Below, piece by piece: positions 1 through 10,647 of a stretch of 35,808 nt of DNA (position 1 is its first letter; each line of letters opens with the position of its first letter). A program made the position numbers and the translations under genes. The notes beneath the pieces were generated by a model. It ran no database searches. It was given only the letters and a program-made list of their open reading frames with translations, and was not told the DNA's origin. Source of the DNA: an uncultured Bacilli bacterium (lineage in GTDB: Bacteria > Bacillota_I > Bacilli_A > RF39 > UBA660); assembly GCA_944351375.1 (NCBI GenBank), contig CALVPN010000003.1:1-35808 (forward strand), read 5' to 3'.

Positions 1-29
1 AACTAGTAATAAATACCAATAACCTTACT

Positions 30-749
30 CTACAAATTACTATTATGACCAGTTAAACAAGCAATTAACCCATTAAATGTTTTTAAATCTTTTCCTAATG
101 AAACAATTTTATCAGCTTTACTCATTATACGTCCTTCCTTAAATTTACTAGGACATATAGATACAGCACCTAATTTAAATCTATTACTAGAATTTATAAT
201 TATACTTTTGATATTTGAATTTAATCTATCAAATTTCTCTTTATTATTTAATTCTAGATCACTACCATCTAAAACTCTCACTGGAAAAGGAAACATATGA
301 TGCATAATACCATCAATGATTATCTCAGCTTCTTCTTCATTGTCAAAATATTCAGGATACCAAGTAGCCACATTAATAGCTACTTCTACTGGATGAACAA
401 ATCCATGGCTATTAACTAGTCTGTTTTTTACAATTTTATTATTTTGCCAAGGTAATTCATATAAATCATGAAATAAAGCAATTATAACAGCTCTAGTTTT
501 AGTAACTTCATCAAAACCTTTTCTTTGTGCTAATTTATAAGTCATAATAGCATCACTCAAAAGATGTATTCCCAAATTTACTGTGTCATGATGAAGAAAT
601 TCATCATCATTCATTCTTCTTTGAAACTCTTCATGTTCAAAAATAGGAGCAGCTATTTTCCAAAAAAACTCCTTATCTTCTAAGTCAAGACCAAATCTAT
701 CCATTAAATAATATGCCATATTAATATTTTTTTCACTTATATTCTTCAT
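30..749 (-). CDS. HD-domain metal-dependent phosphohydrolase
   Basis: Motif pattern H...H-x(n)-HD...H...HH...D (FLHH, GIH, ALFHDL, HGFVHP, IMHHMFP, ADKIVS). GAGG SD upstream; starts 11 bp after smpB. Confidence 0.8.
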   Translation of the reverse strand: MKNISEKNINMAYYLMDRFGLDLEDKEFFWKIAAPIFEHEEFQRRMNDDEFLHHDTVNLGIHLLSDAIMTYKLAQRKGFDEVTKTRAVIIALFHDLYELPWQNNKIVKNRLVNSHGFVHPVEVAINVATWYPEYFDNEEEAEIIIDGIMHHMFPFPVRVLDGSDLELNNKEKFDRLNSNIKSIIINSSNRFKLGAVSICPSKFKEGRIMSKADKIVSLGKDLKTFNGLIACLTGHNSNL

Positions 750-760
750 CTTTTTACCTC

Positions 761-1198
761 TTATTTATACTTATTAATCTTAGCAGCTTCTCTTTTCAAA
801 TCTCTTTCCTTGATACTCTCTCTTTTATCATAATTTTTCTTACCCTTACATAACCCAAGTTCTATCTTTGCTTTTCCTCTTACAAAATAAAGTTTTAAAG
901 GAATAAGAGTATAGCCCTCTAATTTTAATTTATTATCTAATTTTCTAATCTCATTTTTATGAAGTAACAGCTTCCTACTACGTGTCTCTTCATGATTAAA
1001 AATATTACCCTCTTTATAATGATCTATAAACATATTAATAAGATATACTTCACCATTTCTTATAATAGCATAACTATCTTTAATATTAGCTTTACCACCT
1101 CTTATAGACTTAATCTCTGTACCCTTTAAAACAATACCAGCCTCATAAGTATCTTCTATAAAATAATCATATCGGGCCCTTCTATTAATAATTTCCAT
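761..1198 (-). CDS. smpB: SsrA-binding protein SmpB
   Basis: NRRARYDY...[25 protein letters not shown] and the [12 protein letters not shown] tail; canonical position after rnr. Confidence 0.98.
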   Translation of the reverse strand: MEIINRRARYDYFIEDTYEAGIVLKGTEIKSIRGGKANIKDSYAIIRNGEVYLINMFIDHYKEGNIFNHEETRSRKLLLHKNEIRKLDNKLKLEGYTLIPLKLYFVRGKAKIELGLCKGKKNYDKRESIKERDLKREAAKINKYK

Positions 1199-1218
1199 TT
1201 ATATCACTCCAACAATTA

Positions 1219-3309
1219 TTATAATTTTTTAACAACTTCAAAATCAATAGTTTTCGCTTCTTTAGAAGCTGCTACTACTTTAATTAGTACTCTTTCTCCA
1301 ATAGTATATTTAACTTTACTACGTTCCCCTACTAAAGTCATTCGCATCTCATCAAATACAAAATAATCATCCATAAGTCTAACAGGAACTAACCCTTCTA
1401 CTAAATTATCAAGCTCAACAAACATACCAAAAGACATAACAGAAGTAATCATTCCAGGAAACTCTTCACCAATATGACTTTCCATATATTCAGCCATCTT
1501 CATATCTTCTACTTCTCTTTCACAATCTACAGAAGCTCTCTCCATTGCTGAAGAATTATCTGCAACAAATATCATTTTTTCTTGGTTATGATGAATAGTG
1601 TGACTACTTAAATCGTGACTAAACAAGTATGTTCGTAAAAGTCTATGTACTGTAGTATCGGGATAACGTCTTATTGGTGAAGTAAAGTGAGTATAACAAC
1701 TGCTTCCTAAACCAAAGTGACCTACATTAGTAGGAGAATATATTGCTTTTTGCATACATCTTAGTAATAGTGAAGTAAGAATAGGACCTTCCTTCTTCTC
1801 ACGAACAAATTTAAGTAATTTTTGAATAGCAGTACTTTTATTTCCTTTCAAATCGCCAGTTACTTGATATCCTAAATTACTAACAAAACCCAAGAAGTCT
1901 CTAATTTTTTCTTCTTTAGGGCTCTCATGAATACGATAAATAAAAGGTAAATCCATATTATATATATGCATTGCCACACACTCATTAGCAGCAATCATAA
2001 AGTCTTCAATTAAGTTTTCTCCAGAACCTCTTTCTCTTTTTGTTATTTCATAAGGTACACAATTTTCATCCACAAGTATCTTCGCTTCATCTACATCAAA
2101 ATCTAAATATCCTCTTTTTACTTTCATTCTTCTAAGAATAGTAGCAAACTCACTCATAGTTTTCAAATCATCTACAAACTCTTCATATCCCTCTGGCACA
2201 ATATTTTTTTCTAATATACTATTAACATTTTTATAAGTCATTTGTTTTCTAGATTTAATTACACTAGGAAAAATATCATAATCTAAAAGTTTACCTTCAC
2301 TATCATATTTCATTACACAACTAATAGCAAGTCTATCAACATTAGGATTCAAAGAACAAATACCATTAGATAACTCATGAGGAAGCATAGGAATAACTCT
2401 ATCCACAAGATAAACTGATGTACCTCTATCCATTGCTTCTTTATCTAGCGGACTTCCTTCTTTAACATAATAGGAAACATCAGCGATATGAACACCAAGA
2501 GTATATATATCCCCATCTTTTTTTATAGAAATCGCATCATCTATATCTTTAGTATCATCACCATCGATTGTAAATATTATCTTATCACGCAAGTCTCTTC
2601 TACCTTTTAAATCAGCTTCAGTTACTTCCATAGGGATGGATTTAACTTCTTCAGTAACCTCTTCTGGAAAACTAGTATTAATACCATATTTATATACAAT
2701 TGATAAAATATCAACTCCAGGATCATTCTTATGACCAATTATTTTAACTACTTTACCTTCTGCTTTTTTATTACTTATTCTTTTAACAATCCCTATAACT
2801 ACTTTATGTCCATCTACAGCATTAAGACTATTTTCTTTAGCAACAACAACTTCTAAATTTACTTTATCTTCATCTAAAGTAACATAACCAACATTATTTT
2901 TAAAGTTAATCTCTCCTACATAAGTATTACTTTCATGTTTTAAGACTTTAACAATTCTACCTTCTACTCTATCAAGACCTTTTTTATTAACTAACTCAAC
3001 AACCACTAAATCTCCATGCAAAGCCCCATTTATATTTTCTTTAGGAATATAAATATCTACATCACTATCATCCACATCTACAAAGCCAAATCCTTTTTTA
3101 TTGGAATGAAGAACACCTTTAAGTAAATGACTATCTTTAAACAACATATATTTATCTTTATTAGTATGATAAACTAAAGTTTCCATTTCAAGTTCATTTA
3201 ATACTTTTAATAATTCTTCTAAATTATTAGTTTCTAACCTTTCTTCTATCTCAAAAACAGTAAGACTTCTTTCTGACTCTTCTAATATTTTCAATATACT
3301 TTCTCTCAT
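1219..3309 (-). CDS. rnr: Ribonuclease R
   Basis: N-terminal HTH and cold-shock domains (GFGFV), RNB catalytic motif IDGDDTKDIDDA, HFTSPIRRYPD, C-terminal S1 domain. Start taken at MRESIL (3309); the ORF track starts at 3324. Confidence 0.96.
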   Translation of the reverse strand: MRESILKILEESERSLTVFEIEERLETNNLEELLKVLNELEMETLVYHTNKDKYMLFKDSHLLKGVLHSNKKGFGFVDVDDSDVDIYIPKENINGALHGDLVVVELVNKKGLDRVEGRIVKVLKHESNTYVGEINFKNNVGYVTLDEDKVNLEVVVAKENSLNAVDGHKVVIGIVKRISNKKAEGKVVKIIGHKNDPGVDILSIVYKYGINTSFPEEVTEEVKSIPMEVTEADLKGRRDLRDKIIFTIDGDDTKDIDDAISIKKDGDIYTLGVHIADVSYYVKEGSPLDKEAMDRGTSVYLVDRVIPMLPHELSNGICSLNPNVDRLAISCVMKYDSEGKLLDYDIFPSVIKSRKQMTYKNVNSILEKNIVPEGYEEFVDDLKTMSEFATILRRMKVKRGYLDFDVDEAKILVDENCVPYEITKRERGSGENLIEDFMIAANECVAMHIYNMDLPFIYRIHESPKEEKIRDFLGFVSNLGYQVTGDLKGNKSTAIQKLLKFVREKKEGPILTSLLLRCMQKAIYSPTNVGHFGLGSSCYTHFTSPIRRYPDTTVHRLLRTYLFSHDLSSHTIHHNQEKMIFVADNSSAMERASVDCEREVEDMKMAEYMESHIGEEFPGMITSVMSFGMFVELDNLVEGLVPVRLMDDYFVFDEMRMTLVGERSKVKYTIGERVLIKVVAASKEAKTIDFEVVKKL

Positions 3310-3339
3310 TCTAATCACGCTCATCTTTCTTATAATTAC

Positions 3340-3368
3340 ATTTTACTCTATATTTAATACAATGTAAA
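3340..3368 (-). promoter_or_regulatory. Putative sigma-A promoter for rnr-smpB
   Basis: Minus strand TTTACA-17 bp-TAAAAT just upstream of rnr. Confidence 0.55.
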
Positions 3369-3395
3369 AGAAAAAAGACACTATTACATGTCTTT
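3366..3395 (-). terminator. Intrinsic terminator after secG
   Basis: Minus strand AAAGACA-N8-TGTCTTT stem followed by a T-rich run, overlapping the secG stop. Confidence 0.55.
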
Positions 3396-3609
3396 ACATA
3401 AATGATGATACTAAACAAATAATAAAGAAAGCTGCTCCAAGTAACATTGTTATTCTAGTAATAAACAACTCACTACCTCTTTCTTTTCTATTTTTAAATA
3501 AATCAGTAGAATTACCTGAAAGAATTTGTGCCGCACTTTCAGCTTTACCACTTTGTAATAGTACAATTACTATTAATAGTATTGATATAATTAATAGAGC
3601 TATTTGCAT
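3394..3609 (-). CDS. secG: Preprotein translocase subunit SecG
   Basis: 71 aa, two TM segments, VLLQSGK...LF...K.RG.E loop, GGAGGTG SD, eno-secG-rnr synteny. Confidence 0.95.
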   Translation of the reverse strand: MQIALLIISILLIVIVLLQSGKAESAAQILSGNSTDLFKNRKERGSELFITRITMLLGAAFFIICLVSSFM

Positions 3610-3671
3610 AATTTACACCTCCGGTTATACTCAATATTAGACTCATTGTCCATTTCTTTTAAACTGTTAAT

Positions 3672-3700
3672 ATAATAGCATAAACACTAAACAATTGCAA
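3672..3700 (-). promoter_or_regulatory. Putative sigma-A promoter for secG
   Basis: Minus strand TTGCAA-17 bp-TATTAT with an extended -10 TG. Confidence 0.55.
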
Positions 3701-3710
3701 GTAAAAGAGC

Positions 3711-4940
3711 CTATTTACTAAGCTCTTCTTCTATTCTCATTAATTGATTATATTTACAAATTCTATCTGTTCTTGACATAGAACCAGTCTTAATTTGACC
3801 TAAATCAAGTCCAACAGCAAGATCTGCTATAGTAGTATCTTCAGTCTCACCACTTCTATGAGAAATAACTGTTTTGTAATTGTGAGATTTAGCAAGTTCA
3901 ATAGTTTCAAGTGTCTCCGTAATAGTACCAATTTGATTTACTTTTAATAGTATTGCATTACCGGCCTTTTTATCAATACCTTTTTGTAAGCATTCTTTAT
4001 TAGTAACAAATAAATCATCACCTACTAACTGAATTCTATCACCAAGTAATGCAGTTACTTTACTAAATCCTTCCCAGTCATTTTCATCAACTGGATCTTC
4101 AATAGAAATAATAGGATAAGTATTAACTAAATCTTCATAGTATTTAATTAACTCATCAGTACTAAGTACTTTACCCTCTCCTACAAGGTTATATTTACCA
4201 TCAGAATAGAATTCTGATGCTGCAACATCTATAGCATAACAAACATCTTTACCTGGCTCATATCCAGCACGTTTAACAGCTTCAGTAATTAACTCAAATC
4301 CTTCTTTATTAGTATTAAGATTAGGAGCAAAACCACCTTCATCTCCAACACTAGTAGCATATCCCTTTTCATTTAAAACATTTTTAAGACTATGAAATAC
4401 TTCAGCACCTACTCTAACTCTTTCATGAATAGTATCTCTTTGAGGAATAATCATATACTCTTGAAAATCTAATGAGTTATCAGCATGAGCTCCTCCATTA
4501 ATGATATTCATCATAGGAACAGGTAAAGTTTTACCATTTCCAACATATTCATATAACTCTTTTCCATTAGCTTTCGCAGCAGCCTTTAAACAAGCCATAG
4601 AAACACCAAGAATCGCATTAGCACCTAACTTACTCTTAGTCTTAGTACCATCTAACTCTAACATTTTATAGTCTATTTCTTTTTGTTTAGTAACATCCAT
4701 TCCAATTAGATTATCACGTAAAACAGTATTAACATTATTAACAGCATTTAATACTCCTTTACCATTAAATCTACTCTTATCTCCATCTCTCATTTCTAAG
4801 GCTTCTCGCTCTCCTGTAGAAGCTCCACTAGGTACACAAGCCCTACCCATAATACCATTATCTAGTATTACATCTACTTCAACAGTAGGATTACCTCTTG
4901 AATCTAATATTTCTCTTCCTATAATATTTTTAATATCCAT
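3711..4940 (-). CDS. eno: Enolase (phosphopyruvate hydratase)
   Basis: [45 protein letters not shown]. Start at MDIKNI (4940) behind AAAGGA SD; the ORF track TTG start at 4961 is unlikely. Confidence 0.98.
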   Translation of the reverse strand: MDIKNIIGREILDSRGNPTVEVDVILDNGIMGRACVPSGASTGEREALEMRDGDKSRFNGKGVLNAVNNVNTVLRDNLIGMDVTKQKEIDYKMLELDGTKTKSKLGANAILGVSMACLKAAAKANGKELYEYVGNGKTLPVPMMNIINGGAHADNSLDFQEYMIIPQRDTIHERVRVGAEVFHSLKNVLNEKGYATSVGDEGGFAPNLNTNKEGFELITEAVKRAGYEPGKDVCYAIDVAASEFYSDGKYNLVGEGKVLSTDELIKYYEDLVNTYPIISIEDPVDENDWEGFSKVTALLGDRIQLVGDDLFVTNKECLQKGIDKKAGNAILLKVNQIGTITETLETIELAKSHNYKTVISHRSGETEDTTIADLAVGLDLGQIKTGSMSRTDRICKYNQLMRIEEELSK

Positions 4941-5024
4941 AAAATCATCCTTTCTAAACAACTATATTATATCACTATTTTAATTTCAACTACATAAATT
5001 TTACTAAAAAATGTGAAACATTAT

Positions 5025-5426
5025 TTATTGCTTTTTAACATTTTGTTTCACATTTTTCTTATTCTTAAACTCTCTCATTGATATAGCAGAAGCCATTCTC
5101 ACAGGAACAATAGTAGTTGCTTCTTCTTCATCAGCAACAACAGCATAAGCTTCAGGAAAATAATCTCCTAATACACTAGCAATATAGGAAACATCAGTAA
5201 GCGAACTTTCTTTTAAAAGCTCATCAACTTATAAATTAAGCTCGTTAATTTTAGACCCATAATTAGCAGGATTATTTCTACCATAAGAAACAAATATTCA
5301 AAACAAATACTTAAACCCAAGCTCTTCCGCTTCTCTTATATCTTTTTCAAAAGTAACAATATCACTATTCTTATCAAAAGTAAGTATTAAAGTATTATAA
5401 TCTTCATCTTTAAAACTAGTCATCAT
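5025..5426 (-). pseudogene. Pseudogene of a ~133-aa hypothetical protein with two in-frame stops
   Basis: GGGAGG SD (5434-5439), ATG at 5426, reading MMTSFKDEDYNTLILTF...KYLF*(TGA 5298-5300)IFVSYGRNN...NELNL*(TAA 5229-5231)VDELLKESS...KNVKQNVKKQ*. No frameshift. Confidence 0.75.
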
Positions 5427-5456
5427 ATTTAAACCTCCCAAACTTCAATAAACAAA

Positions 5457-6002
5457 TTAATGTTTTCTTTTCCTATGTTTCTTGCAAATAGCAGTTTTAA
5501 CATATTGATATTTTCTTTCTAAAGCAGCCTTATAAAATTGTTCTAAATTTAAAAAATAAGTCAAAGAAGAACCTTTTTCATAAATTAAAGAATTAATTAA
5601 CATATTTTTAGTATTATGATAAAATTCCATATCATCTTTAAATACTTCTTTAAAATCAACTTCTTCCAATTTAATTGTAGTATACCTTACATTTTTACAA
5701 GGTTTCTCACACATTTTATATGCTATATCTACCGCTATAGAAGCATTAACAAAACTATCATCAGTAAAACCATGTCTATTAATAGAAACAAGCAAACAAG
5801 ATGCCATTTTAAATGTATCTAAATCTCCTACAACATAATTTTTTCGTAAATACTCACATAACACCTTATATTCCAAAATAATATCATGTATTATTGCTAA
5901 AGTACTCTCTGATTTATCTACATTATTTTCATCTAAGCCATAAATAATTAAATTAATCAATTCGATATTCTTTAGTTTTACACTATTTATACTATTTTTC
6001 AC
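5457..6002 (-). CDS. Hypothetical protein with a degenerate Fic/Doc-like motif
   Basis: 181-aa ORF overlapping the murD stop. FKMASCLLVSINRHGFTDD resembles the Doc pattern EKAA.L...I..NHPF.DG. Basic C-terminus. Start uncertain. Confidence 0.65.
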   Translation of the reverse strand: MKNSINSVKLKNIELINLIIYGLDENNVDKSESTLAIIHDIILEYKVLCEYLRKNYVVGDLDTFKMASCLLVSINRHGFTDDSFVNASIAVDIAYKMCEKPCKNVRYTTIKLEEVDFKEVFKDDMEFYHNTKNMLINSLIYEKGSSLTYFLNLEQFYKAALERKYQYVKTAICKKHRKRKH

Positions 6003-7356
6003 TATCTTTAAAACTCCTAACTATATCTCTAAATTCATCCCCTCTATCCTCACATTGTTTATACTGATCCCATGACGCAGATGCAGGACTAAGTAACACT
6101 GTATCACCATCCATTACAACACTATTAATATAATTCATCGCTTCACTTAATTTTTGAAAAACATTAGTCTTAATACCTACACTATCTCCATATTCTTTAA
6201 CTCTATCACGGCATTCCCCAATACCAACTATTTCTTTAACAGGACTAATAAAGTTATCTAAATCATGAAACTCTTGTCCTCTTTCAAGTCCTCCAAGTAT
6301 TAAAATAACATTCTTATCAAATGATGATAAAGCAATAGTAGTACACTTAGTATTAGTAGCCTCTGTATCGTTATAATAATCTACACCATTAACTTTATCT
6401 ATAAACTCTAATCTATGTCTAACACCTGTAAATGTTTTTAAAACACTAACTATAGACTCATTATCAACTCCTACTTCTTTCGCAACCATCATTGCCCCTA
6501 AAGCATTCTCAACATTATGATTTCCTTTAAGTAAGAATTCATCACGATTCATAATAAACTCATCATAGTAATAAAGTTTATTATCAATAAAGTATGCTCC
6601 ATTCACTTCCCTTTTAGAAGAAAAATACTTAACATTACTCTTAATATCAACTGTTCCCTTCATAACTTCATCATTTTCTATATTTAAAATAGAAACATCA
6701 TCTTCAGTTTGATTTGCAAAAAGTTTAAGTTTTACTTTCTTATATTCATCATAATTACCAAAGAAGTCTATATGCGCTTCTGATAAATTAGTCATTAATG
6801 CAATATGAGGATTAAATTTATCCATATTAGCAAGTTGTTGACAAGATACTTCCATCACGATGATATCACCGCTCTCTAACTTTTCTAAAAAACTACATAA
6901 AGGATATCCAATATTACCTGCTAAATGAACTTTTTTACCACTCTTTTTAATCATCTCATAAGTAAGAGTTGTCGTAGTAGTTTTACCATTAGTACCAGTA
7001 ATACCAATTAATGTAACATCATCTGGTAATAGTCTATAAGCCATCTCTGCTTCATTAATAACTTCTATTCCTAACTCTTTAGCCTTAATTACATACTTAT
7101 GATCATTTCTAATACCAGGATTTTTAATAACATAATCAAAACTATCATCAAGTAAATCATCAGGATGACTATCAAATATTAAAGTAACACCAAGCTTCTC
7201 TAGTTCTAAAACCTTATTCTCATCCTGCTTATCTCGACTTCCTCCATCATTTAAGATAATAGTATTATTATATTTACTTAAATATTTACATACTTCATAG
7301 CCACTACGTGCCATCCCTAATACTAATATTTTTTTATTTTCAAACATAATCATCAC
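5992..7356 (-). CDS. murD: UDP-N-acetylmuramoyl-L-alanine--D-glutamate ligase
   Basis: LVLGMARSG, KNPGI, GITGTNGKTTTT, AGNIG, HRLE, YYNDTEATN, LLSPASASWDQY..RG. Start could be 7347 or 7353. Confidence 0.96.
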   Translation of the reverse strand: MMIMFENKKILVLGMARSGYEVCKYLSKYNNTIILNDGGSRDKQDENKVLELEKLGVTLIFDSHPDDLLDDSFDYVIKNPGIRNDHKYVIKAKELGIEVINEAEMAYRLLPDDVTLIGITGTNGKTTTTTLTYEMIKKSGKKVHLAGNIGYPLCSFLEKLESGDIIVMEVSCQQLANMDKFNPHIALMTNLSEAHIDFFGNYDEYKKVKLKLFANQTEDDVSILNIENDEVMKGTVDIKSNVKYFSSKREVNGAYFIDNKLYYYDEFIMNRDEFLLKGNHNVENALGAMMVAKEVGVDNESIVSVLKTFTGVRHRLEFIDKVNGVDYYNDTEATNTKCTTIALSSFDKNVILILGGLERGQEFHDLDNFISPVKEIVGIGECRDRVKEYGDSVGIKTNVFQKLSEAMNYINSVVMDGDTVLLSPASASWDQYKQCEDRGDEFRDIVRSFKDSEK

Positions 7357-7409
7357 TCGTTTCCTTCAATAACATTATACTAAATAATAGAAATATTTAA
7401 ACCCTTTAA

Positions 7410-7438
7410 TTGAAAAGTAATCAATATATTGATATAAT
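7410..7438 (+). promoter_or_regulatory. Putative sigma-A promoter for the FemABX gene
   Basis: TTGAAA-17 bp-TATAAT with an extended TG. The palindrome ATCAATATATTGAT (7420-7433) lies in the spacer. Confidence 0.65.
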
Positions 7439-7463
7439 TTAATAAAAGAAAGTGTGGTCTTAT

Positions 7464-8708
7464 ATGAAAATAATAACTCTAGATGAAATAAGTTTTGACA
7501 AATTTGCAAATACTCACAAATACCGTAACTATTATCAAACATCAGCTTACGGAAGAACTATTAAAAATAATGGTTATGATATTCATTACATCGGTATTGT
7601 AGATGATTTAGGTAATATTTTAGGAGCATCTCTACTTTTATATAAAGAAGTAATGATGAACTATAAAATCGCCTATGCACCACGTGGCTTTCTTTTCGAT
7701 TATACAAATATCAATAATTTAAAAGAATTCACAACTAGACTTAAAAAATTATTAAGTAAACAAGGTTTTATTTCTGTCACAGTTGATCCTTATCTTCCTG
7801 TAAATATTAGAAATAGAGATGGGAAAATTATAAATATCAATAACGAAGCGAATATCTCTTTAGAAAACCTAAAAGGCTGTGGTTTTAATTATCTAGGACC
7901 AAACTTATTTTTTGAAAGTAAAAAGCCAAGATTTGAAGCAATTATTACTCTAAATGATGATATTAAAGATATATATCAAAGCTTTGAAAAAAGAGTAAGA
8001 CACAAGATTAAAAAAGCTATTAGAAGTGGAATAGAAATATATAAAGGATCTAAAGATGATCTTCCTATATTTTACGATTTAATAAAGAAGAAATATGATA
8101 AACCATTAAATTATTATATAGATTTATATAATAACTTTGATACAGACATTGATTTATACTTTGCCAAACTAAATACAGAAACATTTGTTATTACTAGCAG
8201 ATTACAATATGAAAGAGAAATAGAAATAAATAATAATCTAGCTAATAAAATTCAAACTGCTACTAATATAAACTCTAAAAATAAACTAATTAATGAAAAA
8301 ATGGAATCAGATAAACTTGTTAACACCTACAAGAAAAATCTTGTTTGGGCTACTAACTTATTAAAAGATAATCCTGAAGGATTAATCATAGGAACTGCTT
8401 TAAATCTTTCTTATGATAATGTATGTTATTTAATAATCGAAGGATTTAATCAAAGTTTTAAGACTTTAAATCCTAACTATCTTATCAAATGGAAAATGAT
8501 AAACGACTACAAAAATAAGAACTTTAAATATATAAATTTAAATGCTGTAAGTGGTGATTTTACAAATATTAATAAATACAGTGGTCTTAACGAGATGAAA
8601 CTAGGCTTTAATTCATTAGTAACTGAATATATAGGAGAATTTGAACTTATTATTAGTCCATTACCTTATAATTTATATAAAAACTTAAACAAAGAAAAGA
8701 AAAAGTAA
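7464..8708 (+). CDS. FemABX/MurM-family peptidoglycan aminoacyl (bridge) transferase
   Basis: F..F...H..NYYQT, YAPRGFLFDY, VDP, IKKAIRSG, a coiled-coil insert, and GLNEMKLGFN...EYIGEFEL. ATG at 7464 preferred over GTG at 7452. Confidence 0.9.
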   Translation: MKIITLDEISFDKFANTHKYRNYYQTSAYGRTIKNNGYDIHYIGIVDDLGNILGASLLLYKEVMMNYKIAYAPRGFLFDYTNINNLKEFTTRLKKLLSKQGFISVTVDPYLPVNIRNRDGKIININNEANISLENLKGCGFNYLGPNLFFESKKPRFEAIITLNDDIKDIYQSFEKRVRHKIKKAIRSGIEIYKGSKDDLPIFYDLIKKKYDKPLNYYIDLYNNFDTDIDLYFAKLNTETFVITSRLQYEREIEINNNLANKIQTATNINSKNKLINEKMESDKLVNTYKKNLVWATNLLKDNPEGLIIGTALNLSYDNVCYLIIEGFNQSFKTLNPNYLIKWKMINDYKNKNFKYINLNAVSGDFTNINKYSGLNEMKLGFNSLVTEYIGEFELIISPLPYNLYKNLNKEKKK

Positions 8709-8716
8709 AAAATATT

Positions 8717-9352
8717 CTAATCGCTAGAATATTTTTTTATATCTTCTTCATTAAAACATATACTATCCATTACTTCATTAGCAACATCTTCCCACTCTTT
8801 ATAAACATTAACTGGAGTATTAAACTCAATAGTAACTAGTTTATTATCAAGAGTAAAGAATCTAATATTATAATAAGTATTCTGATCAGTTGCCACTAAC
8901 TTCGCAAAAGTTTTATCATGTTTCTGATAAACTCCACTCTCTAAAAGAGTCATATTAGTAAGTCCTGCTATCATATTATTAAGATAAGCCTCTAACCCAT
9001 CATCAGTCATATCTTCATTAGTAGTACTAACAAAAACATGCTCTGAATCTGACTTACTCATAAACACTAATTCTGGACGATTATTATAGTTATATTTAGA
9101 CTTTAACGTCACTTCATCTAACATTGTAAAAGTATCTGGAATATTTAAAAAGAAACTACTATCAACTCTATAAGTCTTAAAGTTAACTTCCACTCCATCC
9201 ACTTTAATTACATCATTTTTCTCTTGTTCTTTCTTTTTACCACTATTAACAGAATCTACAGTATAGTCATGAATCATATTAGCAATAAAGAAAGCAACTA
9301 CTACTATTAAAATAATACCAATAACCCCTAAAATAATCTCTTTTCTTTTCAT
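8717..9352 (-). CDS. Hypothetical protein with an N-terminal membrane anchor (possible PsbP/DcrB-like extracellular domain)
   Basis: MKRKE followed by a hydrophobic helix; F.L.IP..F near the domain start and a closing W...A..VMDSI helix. Start reset to 9352 because the ORF-track start overlaps the tuf terminator. Confidence 0.7.
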   Translation of the reverse strand: MKRKEIILGVIGIILIVVVAFFIANMIHDYTVDSVNSGKKKEQEKNDVIKVDGVEVNFKTYRVDSSFFLNIPDTFTMLDEVTLKSKYNYNNRPELVFMSKSDSEHVFVSTTNEDMTDDGLEAYLNNMIAGLTNMTLLESGVYQKHDKTFAKLVATDQNTYYNIRFFTLDNKLVTIEFNTPVNVYKEWEDVANEVMDSICFNEEDIKKYSSD

Positions 9353-9386
9353 ATTAAACACCATAAAAAGTATAACATATATTAAC

Positions 9387-9412
9387 AAAAAAAAGAAGCC
9401 CTAAGGCTTCTT
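9387..9412 (-). terminator. Intrinsic terminator of the str operon (after tuf)
   Basis: Minus strand AAGAAGCC-TTAG-GGCTTCTT followed by a T run. Confidence 0.9.
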
Positions 9413-9424
9413 AATAAGTTTCTA

Positions 9425-10615
9425 TTATCCTTCAATTTCAGAAACAACACCAGCACCAACAGTACGTCCACCCTCACGGATAGAGAACTTAGTACCTTTT
9501 TCAATAGCAATTGGGTGAATTAATTCAACTTCCATTGTTACGTTATCACCAGGCATAACCATTTCTACACCTTCTGGTAAAGTAATTACACCAGTAACAT
9601 CAGTAGTTCTGAAATAGAATTGTGGACGATAGTTACTGAAGAATGGTGTATGACGTCCACCTTCTTCTTTACTTAGTACGTAAACTTCAGCTTTAAATTT
9701 ATTGTGAGGTTTAACACTACCAGGTTTAGCAAGAACTTGTCCACGTTCAACTTGTTCACGAGAGATACCACGAAGTAAAACTCCTGCATTATCTCCAGCT
9801 TCTGCATAATCAAGTTGTTTTCTAAACATTTCGATACCAGTAACAACTGTCTTTTGAGTATCACGGATACCAACGATTTCAACTTCATCGTTAAGTTTTA
9901 ATTGTCCACGTTCAACACGTCCAGTAACAACTGTACCACGACCTGTAATAGTGAATACATCTTCAATACTCATTAAGAAAGGTTTATCAGTATCACGTTC
10001 AGGAGTTGGGATCCATTCATCAACAGCATCCATAAGTTCATAGATTGCGTTAACATATTTCTCTTCTCCTTCAAGAGCTTTAAGAGCAGAACCCTTAATA
10101 ACTGGAGTATTATCTCCATCAAATCCGTATTCAGTTAATAAATCACGAACTTCCATTTCAACTAAATCGATTAACTCTTCATCATCAACCATATCACATT
10201 TGTTTAAGAATACAACCATACGAGGTACTCCAACTTGACGTGATAATAGAATATGTTCACGAGTTTGAGCCATAGCTCCGTCAGTAGCTGCAATTACAAG
10301 AATTGCACCATCCATTTGAGCAGCACCAGTAATCATGTTTTTAACATAGTCAGCATGTCCTGGGCAGTCAACGTGAGCATAATGACGATTATCAGTTTGG
10401 TATTCTACGTGTGCAGTATTAATTGTAATACCACGTTCTCTTTCTTCTGGAGCTTTATCAATGTTTGCATAATCTGTAAAATCAGCCCAATCAGGGTTCT
10501 TATCATGTAAACATTTAGTAATAGCTGCAGTTAATGTAGTTTTACCATGATCTACGTGTCCAATTGTACCAATGTTAACATGTGGTTTTGAACGATCAAA
10601 TTTTTGTTTTGCCAT
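9425..10615 (-). CDS. tuf: Elongation factor Tu
   Basis: [39 protein letters not shown]. Start MAKQKF at 10615 behind AGAGGAGG SD. Confidence 0.99.
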   Translation of the reverse strand: MAKQKFDRSKPHVNIGTIGHVDHGKTTLTAAITKCLHDKNPDWADFTDYANIDKAPEERERGITINTAHVEYQTDNRHYAHVDCPGHADYVKNMITGAAQMDGAILVIAATDGAMAQTREHILLSRQVGVPRMVVFLNKCDMVDDEELIDLVEMEVRDLLTEYGFDGDNTPVIKGSALKALEGEEKYVNAIYELMDAVDEWIPTPERDTDKPFLMSIEDVFTITGRGTVVTGRVERGQLKLNDEVEIVGIRDTQKTVVTGIEMFRKQLDYAEAGDNAGVLLRGISREQVERGQVLAKPGSVKPHNKFKAEVYVLSKEEGGRHTPFFSNYRPQFYFRTTDVTGVITLPEGVEMVMPGDNVTMEVELIHPIAIEKGTKFSIREGGRTVGAGVVSEIEG

Positions 10616-10647
10616 ATTTTTTCCTCCTCTTTTTTTATACAATTTAT

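Noticed and set aside
5229-5300. Stop-codon reassignment (TGA=Trp, code 4) as an explanation for the interrupted frames
   Set aside because: The interruptions include TAA and TAG as well as TGA; intact genes (trxB, yvlD, sigH, yhcG, clpC) end in TGA and use TGG for Trp.
5616-5822. Antisense ORFs 5616-5822, 26142-26327 and 32367-32597
   Set aside because: They overlap better-supported genes on the opposite strand and give low-complexity translations.
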